From NCBI GenBank assembly GCA_016928025.1, contig JAFGLN010000063.1, positions 716-64,715 on the forward strand: 64,000 nucleotides of DNA, given 5' to 3'. Position numbers and translations under genes: made by a program. Shown one piece after another: positions 54,824-62,584 of this stretch (the stretch's first letter is position 1; every line of letters starts with the position of its first letter). The notes beneath the pieces are model-generated. The model was not told the origin of the DNA. It made no database searches and saw nothing but the letters and a program-made list of their open reading frames with translations. Origin of the DNA: Deltaproteobacteria bacterium (GTDB taxonomy: Bacteria > Desulfobacterota > Syntrophia > Syntrophales > JAFGHS01).

Positions 54824-56002
54824 TTAAAAAATGTTTCCCGTTGTGAAAAGTTTGATCGTCTTGGCGATGGCGTCCTGGACATATCCCCCGGACATCGTTG
54901 CCAGAAAAATGAAGGCCGGGTAGATGAAAAGGCGACGGTAAATTTCTTCCTTTCCGCCCGTCAAAGGGGTTCCTTTGATGTGATAGGAAATGGCGTTCTG
55001 CCGGCAGGCATCAATGCATTTGCCGCATTTTACACAGGTCATGCCCGTTTTTCCTTCCGCCAGGGTGTCCTCCGTCATGGAAAACGTCGGACAGGTTGCT
55101 ATACACTGTTTGCACTGGATGCATTTTCCCGGATCGATGCGGATTTCAAAAACATTGATTTTGTTGGTAAAGGATTGAAACGCGCCCATCGGGCAAAACA
55201 AACCGCACTGCATCCGCCGCTTGGTCAGAGCGGGCAAAACCATCACCAGGGCGATAAAAAGGGATATGAAGATGACGGCCTGAAGGGCTGTTTTTACGGA
55301 CGTAATTTCCGGATATTCCGTGACGGTCTTGAACGGACAGAGCCACTGGCAATAGAAAGGCGCCAGGCTGACGGCGGATACCAGAACAATCAGCAGAAGA
55401 ACGGCATAGGGGAGATAGGTCCACCGAAGATCTATTTTTTTGATGCGGGCTTTTTTGAACAGCCGGGAAAATCCTTCATCGAGGCCGCCGAAAAAACAGA
55501 ACCAACTGCAAAATCCCCGGCCCAGGGCGAGGGACGATCCGATCCACAGGACAAACATGCTGGCGATGGCCGTTTTCGTTCCCACGATCGTACCGGGGAA
55601 GATGATAGTCTTGGTCAGGGCCGCCGGGACCAGCGTCATGGGGATTACGATGTGGCAAAACGGCGTAAGCCCCTCGATCATATTGGCCTGGCTGATGGCC
55701 ATCGATCCCCGTGATTCGATAAGATGTGTAATAAATGAGATCACAAAACAGACGGCGTACGTCACAAAAAGAATAGCGCGCCATCGGTCCGTTTCTCCCG
55801 TGCGGATCATGAGAAAAAATATGGCATTGATGAAGATAAAGGCGGCGAGGAAGGCGGTTACACGCGACGGATCGGACGGTAATTGCCCCTGGGACAGCAT
55901 TATGGCCGTTATCAGGATCATCGGTAGGCAAAGAAGCAGCGTCTTTCCTATGCCCGGTTGTTGTGTCGCAGGCATGATGCCTGCCCTGTCTTTTTTCACC
56001 AT
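54824..56002 (-). CDS. NapH/MauN/YccM-type membrane polyferredoxin (4Fe-4S)
   Basis: ATG at 56002 after gacaggagg. CxxxCP-type motifs CSWFCFFGG, CQWLCPFK and CGLFCPMG, plus CIQCKQCIATCP and CVKCGKCIDAC. The ORF-track N-terminal extension to 56326 is rejected. Confidence 0.8.
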   Translation of the reverse strand: MVKKDRAGIMPATQQPGIGKTLLLCLPMILITAIMLSQGQLPSDPSRVTAFLAAFIFINAIFFLMIRTGETDRWRAILFVTYAVCFVISFITHLIESRGSMAISQANMIEGLTPFCHIVIPMTLVPAALTKTIIFPGTIVGTKTAIASMFVLWIGSSLALGRGFCSWFCFFGGLDEGFSRLFKKARIKKIDLRWTYLPYAVLLLIVLVSAVSLAPFYCQWLCPFKTVTEYPEITSVKTALQAVIFISLFIALVMVLPALTKRRMQCGLFCPMGAFQSFTNKINVFEIRIDPGKCIQCKQCIATCPTFSMTEDTLAEGKTGMTCVKCGKCIDACRQNAISYHIKGTPLTGGKEEIYRRLFIYPAFIFLATMSGGYVQDAIAKTIKLFTTGNIF

Positions 56003-56640
56003 AGTTTTAAACCTCCTGTCAGTAGCAAACTGCCTGTATACAGATAATAGATCCCCATGCTGCCGGCGGCCATTTTGCCGACGGTCTGGAGAACCGCAAA
56101 CCGCCTGAAAGCGCCGATAAAGGGCACCAAAATTAACCATAAGGACGTTCCGAGGAAAAAAGAAAAGAAGAAGAGCAGGCTCATTGCCAGGCCGGCTTGG
56201 TCGGCGGCACCTGTAAATGCCAGCAAAAAGGGCGGGCAGAAACTCAAAGCCGTGGCAAATCCGGCGGCAACCGGCAGCCAGGACGGCCGGATGGCCGATA
56301 ACCGGCGAAATCTGACTTGATCGCAATCGCCTTTACAGGAAGCGCCTGCCTTCTTGAAGAAACCGTAGACGATCAGCAGACCGGAAAAAAGGATATATGC
56401 CATGCCGATGATCAGACTCCGCCGGACCGGCTCCTGAAGGATGGCGCTGCCGACCGTCCAGGCCAAAACCGCGAACAATAGATAGCCGAAGAGCCTGCCC
56501 AGCAAAAACCGCCCGAGTGTGCCATAATTGCCGAGGATCCCTTTCCCTTCGCCCAGCAGATAGGGAATCAGGATGGGGGCGCAGGTGGCAATACAGGCTG
56601 TACCGGTGCTCAACCCCAGAATAAATCCGTCCGGTTTCAT
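55996..56640 (-). CDS. Cys-rich polytopic membrane protein (DsbD_2 / TauE-SafE-like)
   Basis: MKPDGFILGLSTGTACIATCAPILIPYL with about 6 TM helices, plus further Cys motifs CKGDCD and SFCPP. ATGA overlap with the upstream hydrolase gene. Confidence 0.6.
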   Translation of the reverse strand: MKPDGFILGLSTGTACIATCAPILIPYLLGEGKGILGNYGTLGRFLLGRLFGYLLFAVLAWTVGSAILQEPVRRSLIIGMAYILFSGLLIVYGFFKKAGASCKGDCDQVRFRRLSAIRPSWLPVAAGFATALSFCPPFLLAFTGAADQAGLAMSLLFFFSFFLGTSLWLILVPFIGAFRRFAVLQTVGKMAAGSMGIYYLYTGSLLLTGGLKLW

Positions 56641-57635
56641 TTGTCCGTCCTGTTTGTTTTTTGCCACGCTATAATGGTTTGCCCGATCAGATCATCCGCC
56701 GCCGATAGGATGGATAGGTGGCTTTCGTTCTCTATAATTCTGTTCACCGAGTTCGTCTGAATGGTCTTTTGGGCGTAACCGGCGTATTGAATCACCTGTT
56801 GCGGTACGAACAGCTCATCCTTCGCGCCGATATACAGGGCGAATCGTTTATCGATTTTTCCGAATTGTTCCTGTGGATGGTCCGGGGTTATCGCTACCGA
56901 CATATGGCGGGTGATGTATTTCAGCATCAGGGGCTTGGCTGTCAGAACGTCTTGTGGATAGTTGAAAGAGACAGCCCTGGTATGGCCCAAACAGCGGCCA
57001 CCGGACAGAGCGGACACCACAAAGACCCATAGGCGCGGCTTGGCGAAGCTTGTTTGTGACTGTGGGCGGGCAGTTTCGGACTTGTAACCGAATTGGGGCG
57101 AAATAAAGAAATAGCCATCGACATCCGCTTTTCCGCTCCAGGTGTAATAATTTAAGATCAAACCGCCGCCGGATGAATGGCCGCCCAGATATAAAGGGAG
57201 GTTCGGATGGTTTTTTCTTACCGTCTCGACCATGAGTCTCAGATCTTTCCAGATCTGCTCCACCGAAGGCGTATCTCCGCGAGGGCCGCCGGAATGACCG
57301 TGCCCGCGCAAATCAACGAGATAGACGGCCGCATGGTATTTCTCGGCTAATCCTCCGGCGAGATGTTGATACCCGGCCCCGCTGTAGGCGCCTCCACCGT
57401 GGAGGAAGATGAGTGCCGCTTCCGGCGTTGATTCAGGCATTTTGGGATAGTAGGCCAGCGCCACGCCGTCGGAAGCCTTAATAAATTGCGGCGTCTCCGG
57501 CAGAATACCTTCTGCCGTTTGCATGGTCTCAAAGGAGAGGGGTCGGGATTGATCTTTTGATTCACAGCCTGCCATGGATATGACGATCATCCATGCCGTC
57601 AGAACGATCAAAACAGGACGTGTTGTTATATTCAT
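56637..57635 (-). CDS. alpha/beta-hydrolase lipoprotein (lysophospholipase/monoacylglycerol-lipase-like)
   Basis: 332 aa. Lipobox ISMAGC. HGGGAYSG, DLRGHGHS and the nucleophile elbow GGHSSGGG. Confidence 0.8.
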   Translation of the reverse strand: MNITTRPVLIVLTAWMIVISMAGCESKDQSRPLSFETMQTAEGILPETPQFIKASDGVALAYYPKMPESTPEAALIFLHGGGAYSGAGYQHLAGGLAEKYHAAVYLVDLRGHGHSGGPRGDTPSVEQIWKDLRLMVETVRKNHPNLPLYLGGHSSGGGLILNYYTWSGKADVDGYFFISPQFGYKSETARPQSQTSFAKPRLWVFVVSALSGGRCLGHTRAVSFNYPQDVLTAKPLMLKYITRHMSVAITPDHPQEQFGKIDKRFALYIGAKDELFVPQQVIQYAGYAQKTIQTNSVNRIIENESHLSILSAADDLIGQTIIAWQKTNRTDK

Positions 57636-58000
57636 CGATCATTCCTCCTTCTTTAAGATGGGTGATTATGCATAGAAAGACAGTAGCTTGTAAATACTGT
57701 AGCGACGAGAAGGTCCATGTGACGACGAAAAGGTGTCGGCATGGGTAGAGGGGAAAAATTGTTCAACGCCGAACTGAAAAAAAGGGTTTTGTAACGAAAT
57801 TTCGAAACCGGTTGATGGGAAAAGAAAAAGAGACTTTTGAAAAGCCCCGATTTCTCTCATTAATGAATGATTAAGTCAGCCTGCCCCCGGCATGCGCGGG
57901 GACAGGCTTGAATGGTATTCATCGAGTTGCTTCTTGTGTCAGCTGCTGTAATGGCATGATCCATCCGCAGACCTTGGGTTTATGCTTTTCATCCGGTTCG

Positions 58001-59200
58001 TCAATCGTCAATCGCCTGGGTTGCGAGGGTCTGCATGTCCGCCCGGATATTGAGGTGGTCGTACGGGCGCACCTGAGTGAGGACCATGCCGAAGAGCTGT
58101 TCCGTCGGATCGTTCCACCAGTACGTACAGAAGGCACCGCCCCAGGTATAGGTCCCTTCGGTGACCATGTTGTGGGTCTGTCCCCGGTCCAGGGTGGTGC
58201 CGAATCCGAGGCCGAATCCATGCCCCGGGCCGGTCAGCCAGACCGGCAGATCGCCGATATGGTTCATGGTCATCAGTTCGACCGTCTTCCGGCTCAAAAG
58301 TCTTTTGTCTCCGCTTTTCCCGCCGTTCATGAGCATATTGGTAAAGCGGAAGTAATCCGCCGCCGTAGAAACCAGTCCACCGGAACCCATATAGTAGATG
58401 CCGGGCTTGCTCAGCCAGAAGCTCTCTTTCGTGTCGGGATCGACAGGGGTGATCTTTTTATCGTCTCCCGGTGTATAGGCCACGGCAAAACGGGGCAGTT
58501 TTTCTTCCGGCAGGAAGAAATGGGTGTCCGTCATCCCCAGGGGGTCAAAGATATGTTCCTGGAAATAGTCCGCCAGGGTCTGACCCGACAATACCTCCAC
58601 CAGGCGGCCCACGACGCAGGTGGCCCGCGAATAATCCCACATGACACCGGGATGGTTGTTCAGGGGCACCGCTGCCAGACGATCCACGAAATCGCCGATA
58701 ACCTCTTTGCGGCTGCGGAATTTGGCGGCCTGATGGTAGAGCGCCTGATTATGGGGATTGTATTCCGTGGCAAAACCGGCCGTATGGGTCAGAATATGCA
58801 GGACGTTGATAGGCGGATCGGCCGGCACCAGATCGACCCCCCGGCCGCTTTTGTATACGGAGACCTGTGCCTCTTTGAAAGCGGGCAGCCACTTCAAGAT
58901 GGGATCGCCGAGTTGGAACAGACCCTTTTCATAAAGCATCATCAGTGCGACGGAAGTGATCGGTTTGGTCATGGAGGCGATGCGGAAAATCGTCTCTTTG
59001 GTCATGGGGATTTGTTTTTCGCAATTCTGATATCCCTGCACATCGAAATGGACGATCTTACCCTGACGGGCGACCATGGTCACGGCGCCGGGGATCAACT
59101 GCTTGTCGATATAGCTGTTGATCATCGGCCGGATCAGGTTTAAGCGTTCAGCGGATATTCCGACGTCTTCGGGTGCGGCATAAGGCAGGTTTGTTGCCAT
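58001..59200 (-). CDS. beta-lactamase-fold serine hydrolase (class C / esterase family)
   Basis: ATG at 59200 after ggaggtacacc. SxxK motif IASMTKP, plus a YS. motif (YSRA) and HGFGLGF. Confidence 0.85.
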   Translation of the reverse strand: MATNLPYAAPEDVGISAERLNLIRPMINSYIDKQLIPGAVTMVARQGKIVHFDVQGYQNCEKQIPMTKETIFRIASMTKPITSVALMMLYEKGLFQLGDPILKWLPAFKEAQVSVYKSGRGVDLVPADPPINVLHILTHTAGFATEYNPHNQALYHQAAKFRSRKEVIGDFVDRLAAVPLNNHPGVMWDYSRATCVVGRLVEVLSGQTLADYFQEHIFDPLGMTDTHFFLPEEKLPRFAVAYTPGDDKKITPVDPDTKESFWLSKPGIYYMGSGGLVSTAADYFRFTNMLMNGGKSGDKRLLSRKTVELMTMNHIGDLPVWLTGPGHGFGLGFGTTLDRGQTHNMVTEGTYTWGGAFCTYWWNDPTEQLFGMVLTQVRPYDHLNIRADMQTLATQAIDD

Positions 59201-59472
59201 GGTGTACCTCCAGTTCATATTTGTGGGGATTGAATGGATCTTCAATGAATGGACCGCTAAACTGTATATCTTCCGTAACCTAATTAGTCAACCGAAAATC
59301 CGGTAAGAAACAAACCTTGCGGTATCATCCGATTGTCTTGAAAATATGGAAGGTTGCTGGGAAGGTCAAAAGAGTGTTGTGATAGTTTCTCTTCATTCAG
59401 ATGGGATATGTACCGATGATATAGGGAGAACAAGCAGGCAATATTGATTAACCTTTTAGAGGAGGAAAAACT

Positions 59473-59688
59473 GTGACTCAATGGATATTGAAACTATTCA
59501 GGATTGTTTTGCTTTTTGTTGTAGTTGTCTGCCTGCTGAACGGCTGCGACAGTGCCGATCAGGCAATCGACGAGGCCACCGGCCACCGCGCCGTGAAACA
59601 ATATGAAAAATCCAAAGAGATGTTGAACGCCATAGACAAAAAACATCAAGATAAACTGAAATCCGTTATGGGCGATGAAGACCCATAA
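59473..59688 (+). CDS. small lipoprotein
   Basis: 71 aa. Lipobox CLLNGC. RBS gaggagg. GTG start. Confidence 0.55.
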   Translation: MTQWILKLFRIVLLFVVVVCLLNGCDSADQAIDEATGHRAVKQYEKSKEMLNAIDKKHQDKLKSVMGDEDP

Positions 59689-59753
59689 AATTAAGGAAGA
59701 AGGAAATCGGAACGCCCTGGACTATTCCTTGCGCGTTTTTTATTTGTGCACAG

Positions 59754-60734
59754 TCAAACCTTTTCCTCTTTTTTTAAGCGGATAAAGTCGGAAAACATTT
59801 CAGGCAGGGGCGACCGGATGATCATCTCCTTTTGGGTTTGCGGATGGAGAAAGGCGACTCCGGCGGCATGCAGGGCGGACCGCGGGAGTATCAGGCTCTC
59901 CGCGAGGCCGGGTGTGAACCCCAGTTTGACGAATGTGAGAAATGCCGTCTCGTCCCTGCCGTAGTGTTTGTCTCCCACAATGGGGTAGCCCGCGGCCAGC
60001 AGATGGGCGCGGATCTGATGAAGCCTTCCCGTTTCGGGAAGGCAACGCACCAGAGAAACGTCGCCGGCCTGAAGGATTTTACGAAAACGCGTTAAAGCCG
60101 CCTCCGATCCGCCCGGCCACGCCCTGCGTTTCTTTTTCACCGCCGCTTCCCTGTCATATCCCATAGGCAAATCAACGACCAACTCTGTGTCGGGAAAGCG
60201 GCCGTGCACAACGGCCTGATATTCCTTCGAACCTCGGGACAGAGCTGCCGATAACTGCCCCGCCGTTTTCCCGTCGAAGGCCATGAGGATGACGCCCGAT
60301 GTTTCGCGGTCGAGGCGGTGCGCCGCATAAACCTTCCGCCCATAGCGGCTCTCGAGGATCGCAACGAGTGTGTGATTGAAATACCGTCCGGCGGGGTGGA
60401 CCGGCAGATTCCCCGATTTGTCGACGGCAACGAACCATTCGTCCTCATAGAGGATGGTGATGTGTTCATCCACGGGAGGCTCCACGATTCCGCTGCCGTC
60501 CCAGGAAAGCGTTTCGCCGCCCCGCAATATAGTTGCCGGATCGGCGACCGTTTTGCCGTCGAGCGATACCTTGCCGTCCAATATCTCCTGTTTCCAATGC
60601 TCCAGGGTCAGGTAGGTGAACCGGTTCGCGCAGTAGTTCGCCAGCCGTTCCATCGCCGCCGCGGCGGGAATCCGGGATTGGATGATGCGTGTTCGTGTCG
60701 ACGGATCTTTTGCCATTTCGGATAAAAACCACAC
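59754..60734 (-). CDS. RluA-family pseudouridine synthase
   Basis: 326 aa. HRLDRETSGVILMA contains the catalytic Asp. An S4-like N-terminus is present. The start could be 60734 or 60716. Confidence 0.85.
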   Translation of the reverse strand: MWFLSEMAKDPSTRTRIIQSRIPAAAAMERLANYCANRFTYLTLEHWKQEILDGKVSLDGKTVADPATILRGGETLSWDGSGIVEPPVDEHITILYEDEWFVAVDKSGNLPVHPAGRYFNHTLVAILESRYGRKVYAAHRLDRETSGVILMAFDGKTAGQLSAALSRGSKEYQAVVHGRFPDTELVVDLPMGYDREAAVKKKRRAWPGGSEAALTRFRKILQAGDVSLVRCLPETGRLHQIRAHLLAAGYPIVGDKHYGRDETAFLTFVKLGFTPGLAESLILPRSALHAAGVAFLHPQTQKEMIIRSPLPEMFSDFIRLKKEEKV

Positions 60735-60824
60735 TTTCCTTATTCAATCAAGAACTTCAGAGCCATTAAAACGTTGACAAGACATTTTTAATGGTATTTA
60801 AAAATGATGAACTCGTAAAAAAGT

Positions 60825-60927
60825 CGTCACCCCGGCGAAAGCCGGGGTCCAGTAGCTTTGTAACCTATTGATATTTCCGGATACCGGCGCTTGTCCCAGA
60901 CCCGATCCGGGATACGCCGGTATGACG
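60825..60927. repeat. ~100-nt MITE/REP-like element with terminal inverted repeats
   Basis: Ends are CGTCAcCCCGGCG ... CGCCGGTAtGACG, with an internal hairpin ccccggc-gaaa-gccgggg. Frames read VTPAKAGVQ / ...GYAGMT, which resembles a widespread spurious-ORF repeat. Confidence 0.55.
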
Positions 60928-60989
60928 TTGTTGGTGATTCATTTCTTTTCCAGTCCTTCATGCTTGGACCGCTGTGAGGAGGCCGAAGG

Positions 60990-61748
60990 ATGTATATCGA
61001 TCAGGATCTTTGTGAAAGGTGTATGGATTGCATTCCCGTGTGCCCGGTTGGCGCCATCGGAATAGAGGAGACCAAATGCGCCCGCCACTTCTCATTCCGG
61101 GTGGTCATCGACTATGAAACATGCGTCGAATGCGGTGTATGCCGGCGGCTGAAGAAATGCCCGCAAAAGGCGATAAAGCAGGTGGAGGATATACCGTATC
61201 CGCGTATTCTCCGGGCGGCCTTCTCCGATCCCACGTTCCGGCATGCCAGTACGGCCGTGTTGGGCCGGGGAACGGAAGAAATGAAAACCAATGATGTGAA
61301 AAACGAGTTTACCCGGGATAATGTCGGCTTCTCCGTTGAGGTCGGGCGGCCCGGCGTCGGCGCCTATTTTCGCGACCTTCAAAAAGTGACGATGAAAGTC
61401 GTTGCCCTCGGCGGCGATTTCGCCTCTTACAATCCCGTTGTGGCTCTTATGGACAAGAGCACCGGCGCACTGCAAGAGGAGGTGCTTGATGAAAAGGTGC
61501 TCTCCGCCATTGCCGAATTCGTCGTGCCCAGGGACAAGGCCCTGAAGGTTCTTGCGGATCTCGTTGCCTTTATAAACGCGGAGCTCGAATCCGTGGCCAC
61601 CATCAGTGTCATAGCGAGAAACGAGGTTGACGGCGGTCATGCATTCCTGCGCAAGCTGAAGGTGCACGGAAAAGTCCATGGCTACGTTCCATACCCCAAC
61701 GGAAAAGTCAATCTCGGCATCGCCGCGCTCAAAGGAGGTAAACCATGA
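60990..61748 (+). CDS. 4Fe-4S dicluster-domain protein with ~180-aa uncharacterised C-terminal domain
   Basis: 252 aa. Cluster motifs CERCMDCIPVCP and CVECGVCRRLKKCP. RBS gaggagg. Confidence 0.75.
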   Translation: MYIDQDLCERCMDCIPVCPVGAIGIEETKCARHFSFRVVIDYETCVECGVCRRLKKCPQKAIKQVEDIPYPRILRAAFSDPTFRHASTAVLGRGTEEMKTNDVKNEFTRDNVGFSVEVGRPGVGAYFRDLQKVTMKVVALGGDFASYNPVVALMDKSTGALQEEVLDEKVLSAIAEFVVPRDKALKVLADLVAFINAELESVATISVIARNEVDGGHAFLRKLKVHGKVHGYVPYPNGKVNLGIAALKGGKP

Positions 61749-62419
61749 CGCATACGCTCAATAGAAGAGGGCTGGACAATGGCAGGCCGGGCGAAGAGAT
61801 CTGCGTCCTGTCCATGATCCATTATCAGGATCGGAATGAGGAAACCGCCGAGGCGATGAGGGAACTCGCCAGGACCATTATTGCCTACGGGCCCAACAAC
61901 ATCATGGGATCTTCCGTCGGGGCCACGCCCGAGCAAATCATTGAATCAGCGGCGGCGTCCGGCGTCATTACCGCCGTCTTTACCGATAAAGATACCGTCG
62001 GCAGGCTCGTGCGGGAGATTAAAACAAAAGATCCCGGCATATCGGTTGTCCTGTCCGGCCTCTTTTCGGATATTCACGACATCTGCGAATATGCGGGCCT
62101 GACGGAGCATACGAGCAACTACGCCGTCGGCATATCCGGCAACGCAGCTCTTCTGCCGGACCATATCACCCTCGAAATAGCCACGCAATGCGGCCATGGC
62201 CTGGTTTCCCGCCACTACATCCAACACGTGGCCTGCCGGATCGCGGAAGGTAAAATGACGGCGCGGGAAGGTGCCGAACTGCTATCCAAACCCTGTGTCT
62301 GCGGCATTGTTAATAAAAAGCGAACGGAAGAAATATTGCTGAAAATGGCCGAACTGACTTCCTTTACGGAAGGGCATGAAATCAATTACGCTGTGCGGCA
62401 AAAACGGAAATTTTCCTGA
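61745..62419 (+). CDS. conserved-looking hypothetical protein
   Basis: 224 aa. ATGA overlap with the ferredoxin-like gene. No motif recognised. Confidence 0.6.
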   Translation: MTHTLNRRGLDNGRPGEEICVLSMIHYQDRNEETAEAMRELARTIIAYGPNNIMGSSVGATPEQIIESAAASGVITAVFTDKDTVGRLVREIKTKDPGISVVLSGLFSDIHDICEYAGLTEHTSNYAVGISGNAALLPDHITLEIATQCGHGLVSRHYIQHVACRIAEGKMTAREGAELLSKPCVCGIVNKKRTEEILLKMAELTSFTEGHEINYAVRQKRKFS

Positions 62420-62465
62420 GGAAATAGGGTCTTTTATATACCCCCGTGCGCTGGTGTGAGAGGTG

Positions 62466-62495
62466 CCTTGAACCTTGCACCTTGATCCTTGAACC
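62466..62495. repeat. heptamer-like repeat CCTTGAA/CCTTGCA/CCTTGAT/CCTTGAA
   Basis: The reverse complement reads ggttcaagg-atcaagg-tgcaagg-ttcaagg. It belongs to the same GGTTCAAGG family as 10578, 27128 and 27613. Confidence 0.5.
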
Positions 62496-62499
62496 TATA

Positions 62500-62537
62500 T
62501 CACCCCGCCCTTGATGGGAGTGGCCGGGGGAGGGTGA
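62500..62537. repeat. TCACCC...GGGTGA palindromic (REP-like) element, copy 2
   Basis: tcaccccgcccttgatgggagtggccgggggagggtga. Confidence 0.5.
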
Positions 62538-62584
62538 TTCCCATGGTACACCGGCAAACATTTCAATTGTAGGGGAGCGTCGGA

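Noticed and set aside
54644-55714. 356-aa ORF on the + strand
   Set aside because: It is antisense to the NapH-like polyferredoxin and the small membrane protein. It has no motifs, and the minus-strand genes have RBSs and coupled starts.
54824-56326. Full 500-aa version of the polyferredoxin ORF
   Set aside because: The first 108 codons overlap the DsbD_2-like gene in another frame and are Arg/Pro-rich. The internal ATG at 56002 has a GGAGG RBS and begins the hydrophobic core.
57908-59143. 411-aa ORF on the + strand
   Set aside because: It is antisense to the beta-lactamase-fold hydrolase, which has an SxxK motif and a good RBS at 59200.
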